Virus record (IMG/VR): IMGVR_UViG_2778261162_000006
Location: 1-56,751 of that record
Reading direction: 5' to 3' (one strand)
Length of the DNA stretch: 56,751 nucleotides
DNA from: a virus
Lineage: Duplodnaviria; Heunggongvirae; Uroviricota; Caudoviricetes
Below, piece by piece: positions 38,434 to 47,827 of the stretch. The notes beneath the pieces were generated by a model. That model saw nothing but the letters and a program-made list of their open reading frames with translations, had not been told where the DNA came from and did no database searches. The position numbers and the translations under genes are program-made. Position 1 is the stretch's first letter, and the number at the start of each line of letters is the position of its first letter.

Positions 38434-38970
38434 TCAACTTTTAAACCATAAGTCATCTCGATAGAGTAGACTAATTTTCGTTGCATCTTTTGATGCTAGA
38501 GTCGTACACTCTCCTTTATCAAACTCATCTAGACTCACAAATGTAAATTCGTCACCATTTTTTTCTTTCGGAAACACCATAAAGACTACTTCGAAAGTAC
38601 AATCACTATACACATTTTTTAAGAATTGCTGAAGTGCTCTATACTTTCCTATTTCACAATCAGTAAGTGTAAAGGAGGTACACCCATCTGTTGAGTGATA
38701 CTTCGCATCTAAAAGAATATAAGAGGATTCGTCAGCGTCAATAATGAAATCGGGGCGTTTCCCCCCATATGATTTCAAGTTTGCAGATAAGGTATTTATT
38801 CCTTGCTCAACATGTTCAAATTTCCACTTGGATTTTTCCAGCCATCTACTAGCATATTTCTCACCATCTTGACCAGCCGTTATAGAGTATTGTTTTCTTA
38901 ATGCGCTGCACATTTCGTCTAAATTTAACATAAATTCCATGTTCCTTTTTTTTAGTATAATTATTAACAT
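38434..38970 (-). CDS. Small PD-(D/E)xK nuclease-like protein
   Basis: AT-rich; motif RPDFIIDADESSYILLDAKYH (PD ... D-A-K, 14-residue spacing). Confidence 0.6.
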   Translation of the reverse strand: MLIIILKKRNMEFMLNLDEMCSALRKQYSITAGQDGEKYASRWLEKSKWKFEHVEQGINTLSANLKSYGGKRPDFIIDADESSYILLDAKYHSTDGCTSFTLTDCEIGKYRALQQFLKNVYSDCTFEVVFMVFPKEKNGDEFTFVSLDEFDKGECTTLASKDATKISLLYRDDLWFKS

Positions 38971-39208
38971 CGGCAGTATTTAATAATTCTTTAAAAATAA
39001 ATTTTCAGGCTCATACCAATTATATCTTCAAGCATTATTATCAAGCATATTCGAGACCTCTGCAATTCGCTCACAGCGGATCTCGCCTAGCGAGCAGGTC
39101 TGCTCAGTGCCATAATTAGTCTCATCAGCAGACTATAGTTGTGCTCAATCGGAGACATGTGGCAAACATGAGGAACATTATGTCCGTCAAAGAGTTTTCG
39201 TAGCTTAG

Positions 39209-39424
39209 GCATTTCGATGCTGGCAACGGGTCAGTGTAACGCTTACTATATCGGTCCACTTTAGTCTTAAGGGTTCAATATGGCGTTGCACCTATTGTCC
39301 GCTGACCAAGAATCTTCGGGTGATTCAACTTCTGTTGGGTCATAAGAAACTGGAAAGCACATTCCGTTATCTGGGCATTGAAGTCGATGATGCGTTAGAG
39401 ATCTCTGAATCGATTGAAGTCTAA
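39209..39424 (+). pseudogene. C-terminal remnant of a tyrosine recombinase
   Basis: Frame encodes ...RVIQLLLGHKKLESTFRYLGIEVDDALEIS* (LLGH and catalytic Tyr box) with no upstream catalytic domains or start. Confidence 0.45.
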
Positions 39425-39530
39425 GGTTGTCAGGGCTGCAACAGCAGCCCTGTGCCAGGAGCAGACGTTAACGACCAAGCATTGGCGGCAATTGAGCTCA
39501 GCGCAATTGCCGTTCAAGTGCAACTCCGTT

Positions 39531-42284
39531 CTATTTGATTGCTGCATTGATTCGTTTATATCTTTGGGTAAAGGCCTCTTTGCCACCTTCCATCACTCGG
39601 CATATCTCATCGCGTATGGAAGGTTCTTGAAGACCCCCTTGCGCCACAATTCTGGTTTGACCAGACCGAATATCAAGGGCAATGACGTTTTCCGCGTCAC
39701 CATTCACGACGATGTTAGCGTTGTGCGTGACTACTAAAACCTGCCGTTTTTGTTTGATCTCACGCAATTGCGTCACGATAAGATCATAGATTAAGTGGTT
39801 ATCAAGATCATCCTCAGGCTGATCAAGTATAAGAGGCTCATTGCCATATGAAAGGATAAATGCAAGGAGAGCCGCCGTTTTTTGCCCCGGAGATCCTTGC
39901 TCTACGGGTTTGAAACTCTCGCCGTTCTTGAGGCTATATCTGATATCCAGAGAATCGCCTGGAAACCAGCACTGAATTCGATCTATCTGTTCCGGAGTTA
40001 GCCCCTGAATGAGGGATACAAAACGTCGATCTTTGCAGGATTCCACCGCCATAGTATCGTTTTCATGGATTGCAAGTAGCGATGATTTTATTTTCTCAAT
40101 TTTATCATCCATAGTATTGGATTGGTCTTGCGTTAAATAAGCCAGCAAGCCCTCATCCCCGTCAACAACTCCAATGTCGCGGTCAAATCCGCCACCACTG
40201 CGGCCGATCAGGTTACGGAATTCTTCCTCAACCGTAATCTTGTTTCCAAACGGAATGACATTGATCTGTACATATGAATTGCCGACGAGAGTATCCTTGA
40301 GAAAGTCCTCACGAAGTTTGGTTATCAATGCTCGATGCTCATGGAGTTTGACCAAGTATTCTTCCGCGCTCTTCTGATGCTGCGCAAGAGTTTCTCTCTT
40401 TTTGTCGAATCCCTTGAGCTTATCTTCGAAATCTTGTCGCTGCTTAACCAGAACACCATATGCAGATGGATCACCTGCGTCTGCTGCGCTGAGTTGACCG
40501 AGGAGGGCGTTGTATTCATGGCTCGCCGCTGTAATTCTTTTCGATATTCCCAAGTCTGATCGAGTTTGATTCCATGAGTTCTTCACATCATCAATCCGCT
40601 GCGCGATCGAGTTCATCTCTGTCTGAAGCTTCTCAAACGTCGCACGGATGTCCTTGATGGTATCGAAGAGTTCTTTGTCATCCGCATTCCCAATGTCGAA
40701 ATATTGTAAATCCAATTCTGCTGGCAGTAGGCTTCCAGAAATATCTCGGACCTGTTCGGCGGAATCCTCCCAAGTCGTTACCCAGGAGTCCATAGCCTTA
40801 CTCTGGTTCTGTCTGAGTTGGTAAGCCTTAAGGACATCCGCGTGGCCCGCCTTTTCAAAAACATCGAGTTTGCGTTTGACGTCTTCAAGCTGACCTTTGG
40901 TTACCGATTCTTCCTGAAGCCCAGCCTGAACTTCACGCTCTTGGGCGCGAAGCGAGAGATATTTGGAAACCAGTTCATCCCACTTAAGCTGCCAATCACG
41001 ATGATTGACCTCCGGGGCATCATCGACAACCTGCAAGAGTGCTTGGGGATGCTTTGCCAATTCGAATATCTGTTTCTGGCTGTAAATCCTGACAGGAAAT
41101 CGTTGTGCTATGTCTCCCTCGGAATCACACCAGACTCCGGGAGCGGTCTCTTCCTCGATGCTGTATATGTCGTCGGTATTAGACCAGGTGATTCGGAAAC
41201 GGCCACCGTCTTTTCGAAAGCCTACAGTTATTTTCGTGGAATCTTTTAACAGCCCTTCATCTTGGCGGTCTTTCGAAGTTTGACTGTATTTGGTAAATTC
41301 CTTTTCAAGGCTCTTGGGGATTTCTCCCTTTCGTTTAAGAGCAATCCGCAGGAATTCCAACGAAGTCGATTTCCCAGTGCCTCGTCCACCAATGATAGTG
41401 TTGAGCCAGGGGTTCAGTTGACAAGTTAAAGATTGCCCTCGTCCTAAGTACTTCGCATCATCAACCACGATACTTTCGATGGCAAGTTGTCCATGGATAT
41501 TTGGGTCACCAGTGAAGTTGTCCGACCGCTTCAGTGAAAGAGCCCCATCAACGAGCGCCAGCCGTAATCCGTCATAAGATGGCTCCGACATTTTTACCCA
41601 AGTGAAATGGCTACCCGGGTAGCGTTGATTTCCGGTACCGGACGGATGATGGGAATCGGTTCCAAGAATCTCTGCCCAATTCAAATTCTTGCCAATATAG
41701 AGCTGCGGTTTTGCTTTAGCAAGGTCCGTTACCTCCATAGCAAAAACACATTTGTTGTCAAGCACCTGCTCTAGTGTGTTGCCCGTACAGACCGTAAAAA
41801 GTCCGCTAGCCTGATCTACATGAGCAGGTATTGCAAGTCCTCCTGACCTAGCAATTTCGTCGATCACCTCAACTGCTGAGCATTCAGAGCAGCCGTCGCT
41901 CTTTCCTTTGGTGCCGCGATACCTGACCGCACCAAGCAGTGAGTCGATATCAGAGGTTGTCTTGTCTTCGCCGAAAATGGCCAGAATATGGATATTCCCC
42001 TGAACAGTAAGCTCAACACCTGGGAATAAGTAGAGTGGTCGATAATCTTCATGACTCTCAGATGCCAGTTCCTTGAGTGCCTGCTTGAGCGGATCAATCC
42101 AAGCGCCTGAATTATGGTCCGTGACAGCGACACAATCGATGCCTTGTCGCATGTAGTTGAGCAGCCAATCTTTATGAGTGATCTGCATATACTGGGCCTG
42201 ATTAGGGCCTTTTCCATAATCGTCCGATGCCGGAGTGTGATTATGGAAGTCGAATTTCCACCACCGAGAACCAATCCAGTTCAT
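39531..42284 (-). CDS. PHP phosphoesterase fused to SMC/Rad50-like ABC ATPase with coiled-coil (Ppl-like defence protein candidate)
   Basis: N-terminal FDFHNHTPASDDYG, VAVTDHN, IPAHV, GTDSHH PHP motifs; Walker A GGRGTGKST; signature-like SPGQKTAALLA; Walker B LILDQPEDDLD; H-loop VLVVTHN; long E/K/Q-rich insert between Walker A and B. Confidence 0.75.
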   Translation of the reverse strand: MNWIGSRWWKFDFHNHTPASDDYGKGPNQAQYMQITHKDWLLNYMRQGIDCVAVTDHNSGAWIDPLKQALKELASESHEDYRPLYLFPGVELTVQGNIHILAIFGEDKTTSDIDSLLGAVRYRGTKGKSDGCSECSAVEVIDEIARSGGLAIPAHVDQASGLFTVCTGNTLEQVLDNKCVFAMEVTDLAKAKPQLYIGKNLNWAEILGTDSHHPSGTGNQRYPGSHFTWVKMSEPSYDGLRLALVDGALSLKRSDNFTGDPNIHGQLAIESIVVDDAKYLGRGQSLTCQLNPWLNTIIGGRGTGKSTSLEFLRIALKRKGEIPKSLEKEFTKYSQTSKDRQDEGLLKDSTKITVGFRKDGGRFRITWSNTDDIYSIEEETAPGVWCDSEGDIAQRFPVRIYSQKQIFELAKHPQALLQVVDDAPEVNHRDWQLKWDELVSKYLSLRAQEREVQAGLQEESVTKGQLEDVKRKLDVFEKAGHADVLKAYQLRQNQSKAMDSWVTTWEDSAEQVRDISGSLLPAELDLQYFDIGNADDKELFDTIKDIRATFEKLQTEMNSIAQRIDDVKNSWNQTRSDLGISKRITAASHEYNALLGQLSAADAGDPSAYGVLVKQRQDFEDKLKGFDKKRETLAQHQKSAEEYLVKLHEHRALITKLREDFLKDTLVGNSYVQINVIPFGNKITVEEEFRNLIGRSGGGFDRDIGVVDGDEGLLAYLTQDQSNTMDDKIEKIKSSLLAIHENDTMAVESCKDRRFVSLIQGLTPEQIDRIQCWFPGDSLDIRYSLKNGESFKPVEQGSPGQKTAALLAFILSYGNEPLILDQPEDDLDNHLIYDLIVTQLREIKQKRQVLVVTHNANIVVNGDAENVIALDIRSGQTRIVAQGGLQEPSIRDEICRVMEGGKEAFTQRYKRINAAIK

Positions 42285-42646
42285 TTGTACCGTTCCTATT
42301 CTTTTTATTAGTGCGTCTGCGCGAGGTCGCTAACTTTGCAAACTAGATTACCTTGTAAGGTTGGAAAGTCCAACGTCCGCTGTTCGTCATAGCAGACATT
42401 CACTACAGTTATGGCAGAAAGGTATGCATGTTGAGGTGGGAAAGTCGTGAAAGAAAAGAAAACTGCTGCGCTGTTTGTCGTCACGTTTATCTTCATTGGC
42501 TATGCAAGTCATAATACAAGGTGGGACAAAACTGAGACACATAAGGCCTCACAATGGCTTGCAAGGCTTTACATGTTTTGATGTGGTGGGACGTGTGAGC
42601 GCAGTGTTGATGGGGTAATGCTTTGAATTAGAAGCGGATTCTTATA

Positions 42647-42694
42647 ATTCGTAATGCGAAGGTCGTAGGTTCGACTCCTATTATCGGCACCATT
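42647..42694 (+). repeat. attR core (copy of tRNA-Thr 3' end); also the tRNA-proximal att of the downstream satellite
   Basis: Identical 48 bp to 1399..1446. Confidence 0.85.
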
Positions 42695-42858
42695 CTAATG
42701 TCTCCCCAAGTCTACTCAAGTATTTAAAAACCTCTTATAATCCGCATGTTAGCGCCCCTTTTAGTCTTTTGACGTCTACTTAAGTACTCCAAAATCTACA
42801 GTCAATTGGGGGTACTTTTGGGGGTATTTGCTGTTCGGTTTAGTGGAGGTACCCCCAA

Positions 42859-44073
42859 GTGAAACTCAATGCCCGTCAAATAGACACTGCCAAGCCAAAA
42901 GAGAAGGCTTACAAGCTGGCTGATGGTGGTGGTCTGTATCTCTTGGTAAAACCTAGTGGAGGAAAATATTGGCGCTTCAAGTATCGTGTAGCTGGTAAAG
43001 AGAAGCTGTTAGCACTAGGTGTGTATCCTGAAGTTACCTTGGCTGATGCTCGTGCAAAACGTGAAGAAGCTAAAAGGGGTATCGCTGGGGGTATCGATCC
43101 GATGGAAGCGAAACGAGAGGAAAAGATTGCCCGGGAAACGCAGTTAAACAACACCTTCAAAGATATTGCCCTTGAGTGGCACAGCAGCAAATTAAAAAAA
43201 TGGTCTGCTGGTTATGCTTCAGACATCCTCGAAGCCTTTAACAAAGATGTGTTCCCTTACATTGGCAAAAAACCAATCGCCGAAATCAAACCACTTGAAC
43301 TGCTGAATGTGCTGCGGCGCATCGAGGGGCGCGGTGCTACCGAAAAAGCCAAAAAAGTGAGGCAGCGATGTGGGGAAGTTTTCCGCTATGCAATTGTCAC
43401 TGGACGTGCTGAGTATAACCCTGCACCGGATCTCACCAGCGCGATGCAAGGTCATGAATCTAATCATTATCCTTTCCTCACAGCCAAAGAATTACCTGAT
43501 TTTTTCAAGGCATTGTCCAGTTACTCAGGAAGTGCATTGGTTGTTATGGCGGCTCGTTTACTGATTATCACCGGTTTGCGGACTGGCGAACTGCGCGGTG
43601 CATTATGGGATGAAATCGATCTCAACAAGGCTATCTGGGAGATACCTGCTTCACGGATGAAAATGCGTCGCCCTCATGTAGTGCCTTTGTCTGAGCAGGC
43701 TCTTTCGCTTATTGGGCAGATTAAAGAACTAACTGGCAATTATCCGCTTATGTTTCCCGGCCGTAATGATCCAAGGAAAACAATGAGCGAGGCTAGCATA
43801 AACCAAGTATTTAAACGCATCGGCTATAACGGAAAGGTTACTGGTCATGGCTTCCGGCACACTATGAGCACCATTTTGCATGAGCAGGGCTATAACACCG
43901 CGTGGATAGAGACACAGCTTGCGCACGTCGATAAAAACTCAATTCGTGGCACATACAACCATGCGCAATATCTGGATGGGCGGCGGGAAATGCTTCAGTG
44001 GTACGCTGATTATATGGATTCGCTCGAGCATGGCGGAAATGTGGTGCATGGTGAGTTCGGAAAATGCGGGTGA
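42859..44073 (+). CDS. P4-type tyrosine integrase
   Basis: 404 aa; GTG start after GGAGG; GHGFRHT and catalytic Tyr region; N-terminal arm-binding domain. Confidence 0.9.
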   Translation: MKLNARQIDTAKPKEKAYKLADGGGLYLLVKPSGGKYWRFKYRVAGKEKLLALGVYPEVTLADARAKREEAKRGIAGGIDPMEAKREEKIARETQLNNTFKDIALEWHSSKLKKWSAGYASDILEAFNKDVFPYIGKKPIAEIKPLELLNVLRRIEGRGATEKAKKVRQRCGEVFRYAIVTGRAEYNPAPDLTSAMQGHESNHYPFLTAKELPDFFKALSSYSGSALVVMAARLLIITGLRTGELRGALWDEIDLNKAIWEIPASRMKMRRPHVVPLSEQALSLIGQIKELTGNYPLMFPGRNDPRKTMSEASINQVFKRIGYNGKVTGHGFRHTMSTILHEQGYNTAWIETQLAHVDKNSIRGTYNHAQYLDGRREMLQWYADYMDSLEHGGNVVHGEFGKCG

Positions 44074-44201
44074 CTGGTTGAGTATACAGTAGTAGACTTT
44101 GAGCGACGAAAGAAAAGGCTGTGTCTAGGGTCGCTCCCGAAAATCCGTACACCTCGACGGACTGGTACAGCCACTACAGTAGAGGACGCTGAGGTGTGCG
44201 T

Positions 44202-44999
44202 ATGATTGATATTCATGCCGAATTAAACGAATACAAAAAAGATTTTATTTCTTTACGTGAATTTCTTGAGGTCGTGCTTAAGGTCGCTGGTGATGATTAT
44301 GATGTTTCAGATGTCATAACTTGGATACTCAGGAGAATAAGCGGAGAACATATCCGCCTGTACACAGTAAATGAATTTAAGCTGTTGGAATCTTTTTGTA
44401 ACCCGTATCGGGATGAATTTGATAATGATGTTCTTTATAGAAATCTGAATGCGGTTCGGAAACGTGGTTGTTTACCTGGTGAGAGGGATGAAAATGGTTT
44501 TCTGGTGTCCGGTTATTGGGAAGATCCCGAATTTGAGAACATTGGATTTATAAGGGGTGAAATTTTCGCAATTTTTCCCGATGTCCTTGACGCGTTAACG
44601 AAGCTGGAAGGCGCTAACTCTTCTGAAAATGACGAGGCACAAGGACGCGATATTGAAAAGAAAGAGTTGCGTACAGAGGATGATTTATTATCCCAAATCG
44701 CAATGCTGGAAAAAGAAAACGCAGAGTTAAGGGCAAGGATAGAGCAGTTAGAGCAAGAGCGCCCGATACACTTATATAAATACTGGGATAAAGACCCATT
44801 AGCTAAGGCTATTGAGATTAGAAACAGAGAGTGGGCCAATTACGATCCAGAAAATGATTTTGCCACCAGGGGAAATCAAGAAGCGATAACCAGGGAGCTT
44901 AAGCAGTGGGGGGCAAGTAATGCACTTGCAACGCTCATAGAGAGGACTGCCTGCCCTATTAACCGAGACAACAGCCAAAAGAACGCAAAGCCGGATTAA
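44202..44999 (+). CDS. Hypothetical protein with central coiled-coil
   Basis: ORF; segment LLSQIAMLEKENAELRARIEQLEQE. Confidence 0.55.
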   Translation: MIDIHAELNEYKKDFISLREFLEVVLKVAGDDYDVSDVITWILRRISGEHIRLYTVNEFKLLESFCNPYRDEFDNDVLYRNLNAVRKRGCLPGERDENGFLVSGYWEDPEFENIGFIRGEIFAIFPDVLDALTKLEGANSSENDEAQGRDIEKKELRTEDDLLSQIAMLEKENAELRARIEQLEQERPIHLYKYWDKDPLAKAIEIRNREWANYDPENDFATRGNQEAITRELKQWGASNALATLIERTACPINRDNSQKNAKPD

Positions 45000-45013
45000 C
45001 GCACCATACCGCA

Positions 45014-45160
45014 TACCCTGAGGGTGATTTACTGTTACCCTGAGGGTATTTTTTTATCTTCCCCGTCAATTTTACCATCACCCTTAGGGTAGATTTCCTC
45101 CCGATTACCATCACCCTTAGGGTAGATTTCCTTCCGGTAACCATTAGGCCTGAGGGTATG
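45014..45160. repeat. Direct repeat array with CCCT(G/T)AGGG cores upstream of alpA
   Basis: TACCCTGAGGGT x2, TACCATCACCCTTAGGGTAGATTTCCT x2, CCTGAGGGTATG. Confidence 0.7.
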
Positions 45161-45226
45161 AAAATATTCGTTATTTCTGTGCCATGATTACCTCGTCAAA
45201 TTGAGTAGACGTTATGAGGTAAATAT

Positions 45227-45424
45227 ATGTCAAATACGCTTATTCGTTTAACAGAAGTTCAGCGTAGAACTGGATATAGCAAGGCATGGATTTATCGCCT
45301 TATGGGGCAAGGTAAATTTCCTGCATCAGTTAAAATTGGCTCGCGAGCTATTGCTTTCGTTGAGAGTGAAATTGACGAGTGGATTAATCAGCGTATTGCG
45401 GAATCACGCGGAACAGCTACCTGA
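45227..45424 (+). CDS. alpA: AlpA-family transcriptional regulator/excisionase
   Basis: 65 aa; LTEVQRRTGYSKAWIYRLMGQGKFP HTH typical of AlpA. Confidence 0.85.
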   Translation: MSNTLIRLTEVQRRTGYSKAWIYRLMGQGKFPASVKIGSRAIAFVESEIDEWINQRIAESRGTAT

Positions 45425-45501
45425 TTAAATGGCTACGGGGCTATTGCCCCCAGCTATCCACCAGCAAATAAAAGTAACTTAATTCGATAGCAGGAGTTTT
45501 T

Positions 45502-46302
45502 ATGAAATTTCCAAAAACGCCCGTACAGGGGCGGGGCTTCGTTCGGCCTGAAAACCAGAATCTGCAAAATTTCGGCGAAATTATCCCGGTTATTTCCGGC
45601 ATTATTGGCGGGTGTGAAACCAATATTGTTAGCGCCAGAGCGTTGCATAAGGCGTTAGGTGTAGGTCGCGTTTTCCGTTCGTGGATCAAGGGGCGCATTG
45701 AAGAATACGGCTTCACGGAAGGCGTGGATTATGAGGTTGTTGAATATTTGAGCCGACCCGATCCGGTGAGCGCAAAATCTCGCCAGCAAACAGCTCTTGA
45801 GTACATCATTACCGTGAACATGGCAAAAGAACTGGCGATGGTCGAACGCACCGAACAGGGCCGCGCCGTTCGCCAGTACTTCATCAAATGCGAGGAGGAG
45901 CTACACAAGGTAGCGCCAGTGCGTTCCGCAGCTTTACGCCGGGAACTGAAAGCCCGTATCACCGTTGCCAGCTACTTTAAGCCAATGTGTGCCGCGCTGG
46001 AGGCGTACCGGGCTGAACTGGGTAAAAACACGCTCCAGCACCATTACACCACGGAAGCCAATATGCTGGCGCGTATCGTGCTGGGTGGCATGACTGCAAA
46101 ACAGTGGGCGCAGGCGAACGGCATCACAGGCGAACCACGCGACCACATGAGCACATTGCAGCTTGAGCACCTTTCTTACCTTGAGCAGAGCAATATCACG
46201 CTGATTGAGTTAGGCCAGGACTACCACCAGCGGAAAGCTGAATTAATTCGTCTTTCGCAGCGTTGGTTAGCCCGTCGCATGGAGGAAAACAGCCATGTGT
46301 AA
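45502..46302 (+). CDS. Phage antirepressor (AntA/KilAC-like)
   Basis: 266 aa; recollection-based family match. Confidence 0.6.
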   Translation: MKFPKTPVQGRGFVRPENQNLQNFGEIIPVISGIIGGCETNIVSARALHKALGVGRVFRSWIKGRIEEYGFTEGVDYEVVEYLSRPDPVSAKSRQQTALEYIITVNMAKELAMVERTEQGRAVRQYFIKCEEELHKVAPVRSAALRRELKARITVASYFKPMCAALEAYRAELGKNTLQHHYTTEANMLARIVLGGMTAKQWAQANGITGEPRDHMSTLQLEHLSYLEQSNITLIELGQDYHQRKAELIRLSQRWLARRMEENSHV

Positions 46303-46968
46303 CGCTCTGACCGTTACAAAAAGAGAAAGCGCCCCGTTGCCGGAGCGCCTTTGTGAACAAATCGCTTACTGCGCCATATTGTTTACTGCCTTTCGGGCAG
46401 ATTATAGCGTTGTGGTCGCACAGAGTGAAGGCGCTGATCACTGTTACTACAGTACGCCAGAAATGCAGAATATTTTGCTGCAAAATGCCGTTAGCCACGC
46501 TGTCCGGAAAGCAAAAAATTTTGCTGGTGGCGCGACTGATGCGATTTTGTCAGGTCACCAGGTGCTGATCAATCTGATGTCTGATTTCGTTCTGGATAAA
46601 ACAAAGGCGACTGCAGAGGGCCACCAGTGGGAAAGCTACACACTTGAACACATTGCCAACAATGCCAGATTTGCGGCTGGTGGGCAATGTGATCAGTGTG
46701 CTGGCTTGCTGGTGGGCTATTCATGCTCTTTAACATTGCCATGCCGCGATGTTTTCCAGGTATGCGATCCCATTTTTGTGCGCCTGTACTCTTTAAGGAA
46801 TTGCTCAAGGGCAAAAGCACATGGCGCGAATCTTTCTGATTCATGCTCTATCTTTCTGCGCCGTCTTTTCCGTGCCGGTGATGGTGTATTGGTTGATTCT
46901 TTGTTGGTCATTCTGTGTACCTGTAAAGCAATGCGCCGGAGTTCCTCACACCACGGCGATGATAGTTA

Positions 46969-47274
46969 TTATTCTGATTCTTTGGCCTTGCGGCGCTGGA
47001 GTTCTTCACGTGCGACGGTGACGAGCTGCCCGATCTCCTCGGCAGCTTTGACTCCGATTTTTTCCACCTGCGCCAGCGCATCGAGCGAAGAAACTAGGGG
47101 ATTTTCTCCGCTTCCTTCTGCCTGGCGGCGGGCGATCTCACCGCGCATGGCGGTTACTATGAATCCGGCGTTGCTTTCACCGTCCAGTTTTACGGATTCC
47201 ATGCCTTCAAAAGCATCATGTGGGATACGAATTGAAATCTGTTTTGATTTGTCGTTGATAGTGTTTTTTGCCAT
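46969..47274 (-). CDS. Hypothetical regulator-like protein (101 aa)
   Basis: ATG after GGAG; divergent from 47462 gene across operator-bearing intergenic region. Confidence 0.55.
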   Translation of the reverse strand: MAKNTINDKSKQISIRIPHDAFEGMESVKLDGESNAGFIVTAMRGEIARRQAEGSGENPLVSSLDALAQVEKIGVKAAEEIGQLVTVAREELQRRKAKESE

Positions 47275-47294
47275 GTGCATTCTCCTAAACAAAA

Positions 47295-47375
47295 GATGTG
47301 ATTCAGTATACACAAAAAAGAATCACAAAAAATACTTGACCTGTGATTCAGTTAAATTTAATTTAAATCACACCT
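47295..47375. promoter_or_regulatory. Operator-like sites in divergent promoter region
   Basis: TGTGATTCAG x2 direct, GAATCACA and AAATCACAC inverted. Confidence 0.55.
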
Positions 47376-47461
47376 CAGTAAGAGGATGTAAACGACAACG
47401 CCCCGAACTGTTTGCGGCAGTAGCGGGGCGTCTAACCAAACCGTTAAATGAGGTAACGATT

Positions 47462-47827
47462 ATGGCTGGAACACAGCATACCCAAACTCACCCTAAATTT
47501 ATATACACCTTCCTGGCGGTGCACCGTGATTGCATAGCTGACGGTAAAAACACTGTACACGTAGCTGCTGATACGCTGGTTGATGCCTGCGAGATGCTCA
47601 ATGACATGGGCTATATCTCGGCAACATGGAAAGGGCGCGAAGAAAACACGCTGTTTATTCAGAAATGCGAGAACAATTTTATCTGGCGTTTTATCGCCCT
47701 GAGCACAGCACAACCGCGCGTAATTCACATCGAGGCCACCAGCGAACAGGAAGCACGCCAGCAATCCCCTGATGGCTGCGTGATGGTATTCGCTGCCCGT
47801 ATTCGCCAGGAGGTGGAGCATGTGTAA
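47462..47827 (+). CDS. Hypothetical protein (121 aa)
   Basis: ATG after GAGGTAACG; part of the long composite ORF 46295..47827. Confidence 0.55.
   Translation: MAGTQHTQTHPKFIYTFLAVHRDCIADGKNTVHVAADTLVDACEMLNDMGYISATWKGREENTLFIQKCENNFIWRFIALSTAQPRVIHIEATSEQEARQQSPDGCVMVFAARIRQEVEHV

Larger units (their letters stand above)
1399..42694. mobile_element. Integrated mosaic prophage (~41.3 kb) at thrW
   Basis: Bounded by 48-bp direct repeats; integrase next to tRNA; complete regulation, replication, lysis, head and tail modules. Confidence 0.85.

Noticed and set aside
39395-39737. Small ORFs (63 aa minus, 107 aa plus) at the 3' end of the PHP-ATPase gene
   Set aside because: One is antisense to the ATPase coding sequence and the other overlaps the recombinase remnant; neither has start signals.
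46295-47827. 510-codon open frame as a single satellite gene
   Set aside because: The middle third is Ser/Arg-rich and runs antisense through a well-supported minus-strand gene (46969..47274) and an operator-bearing promoter region. Only the 3' part (47462..47827) has its own RBS. The 5' part may be a real gene but has no stop, so its end cannot be placed.
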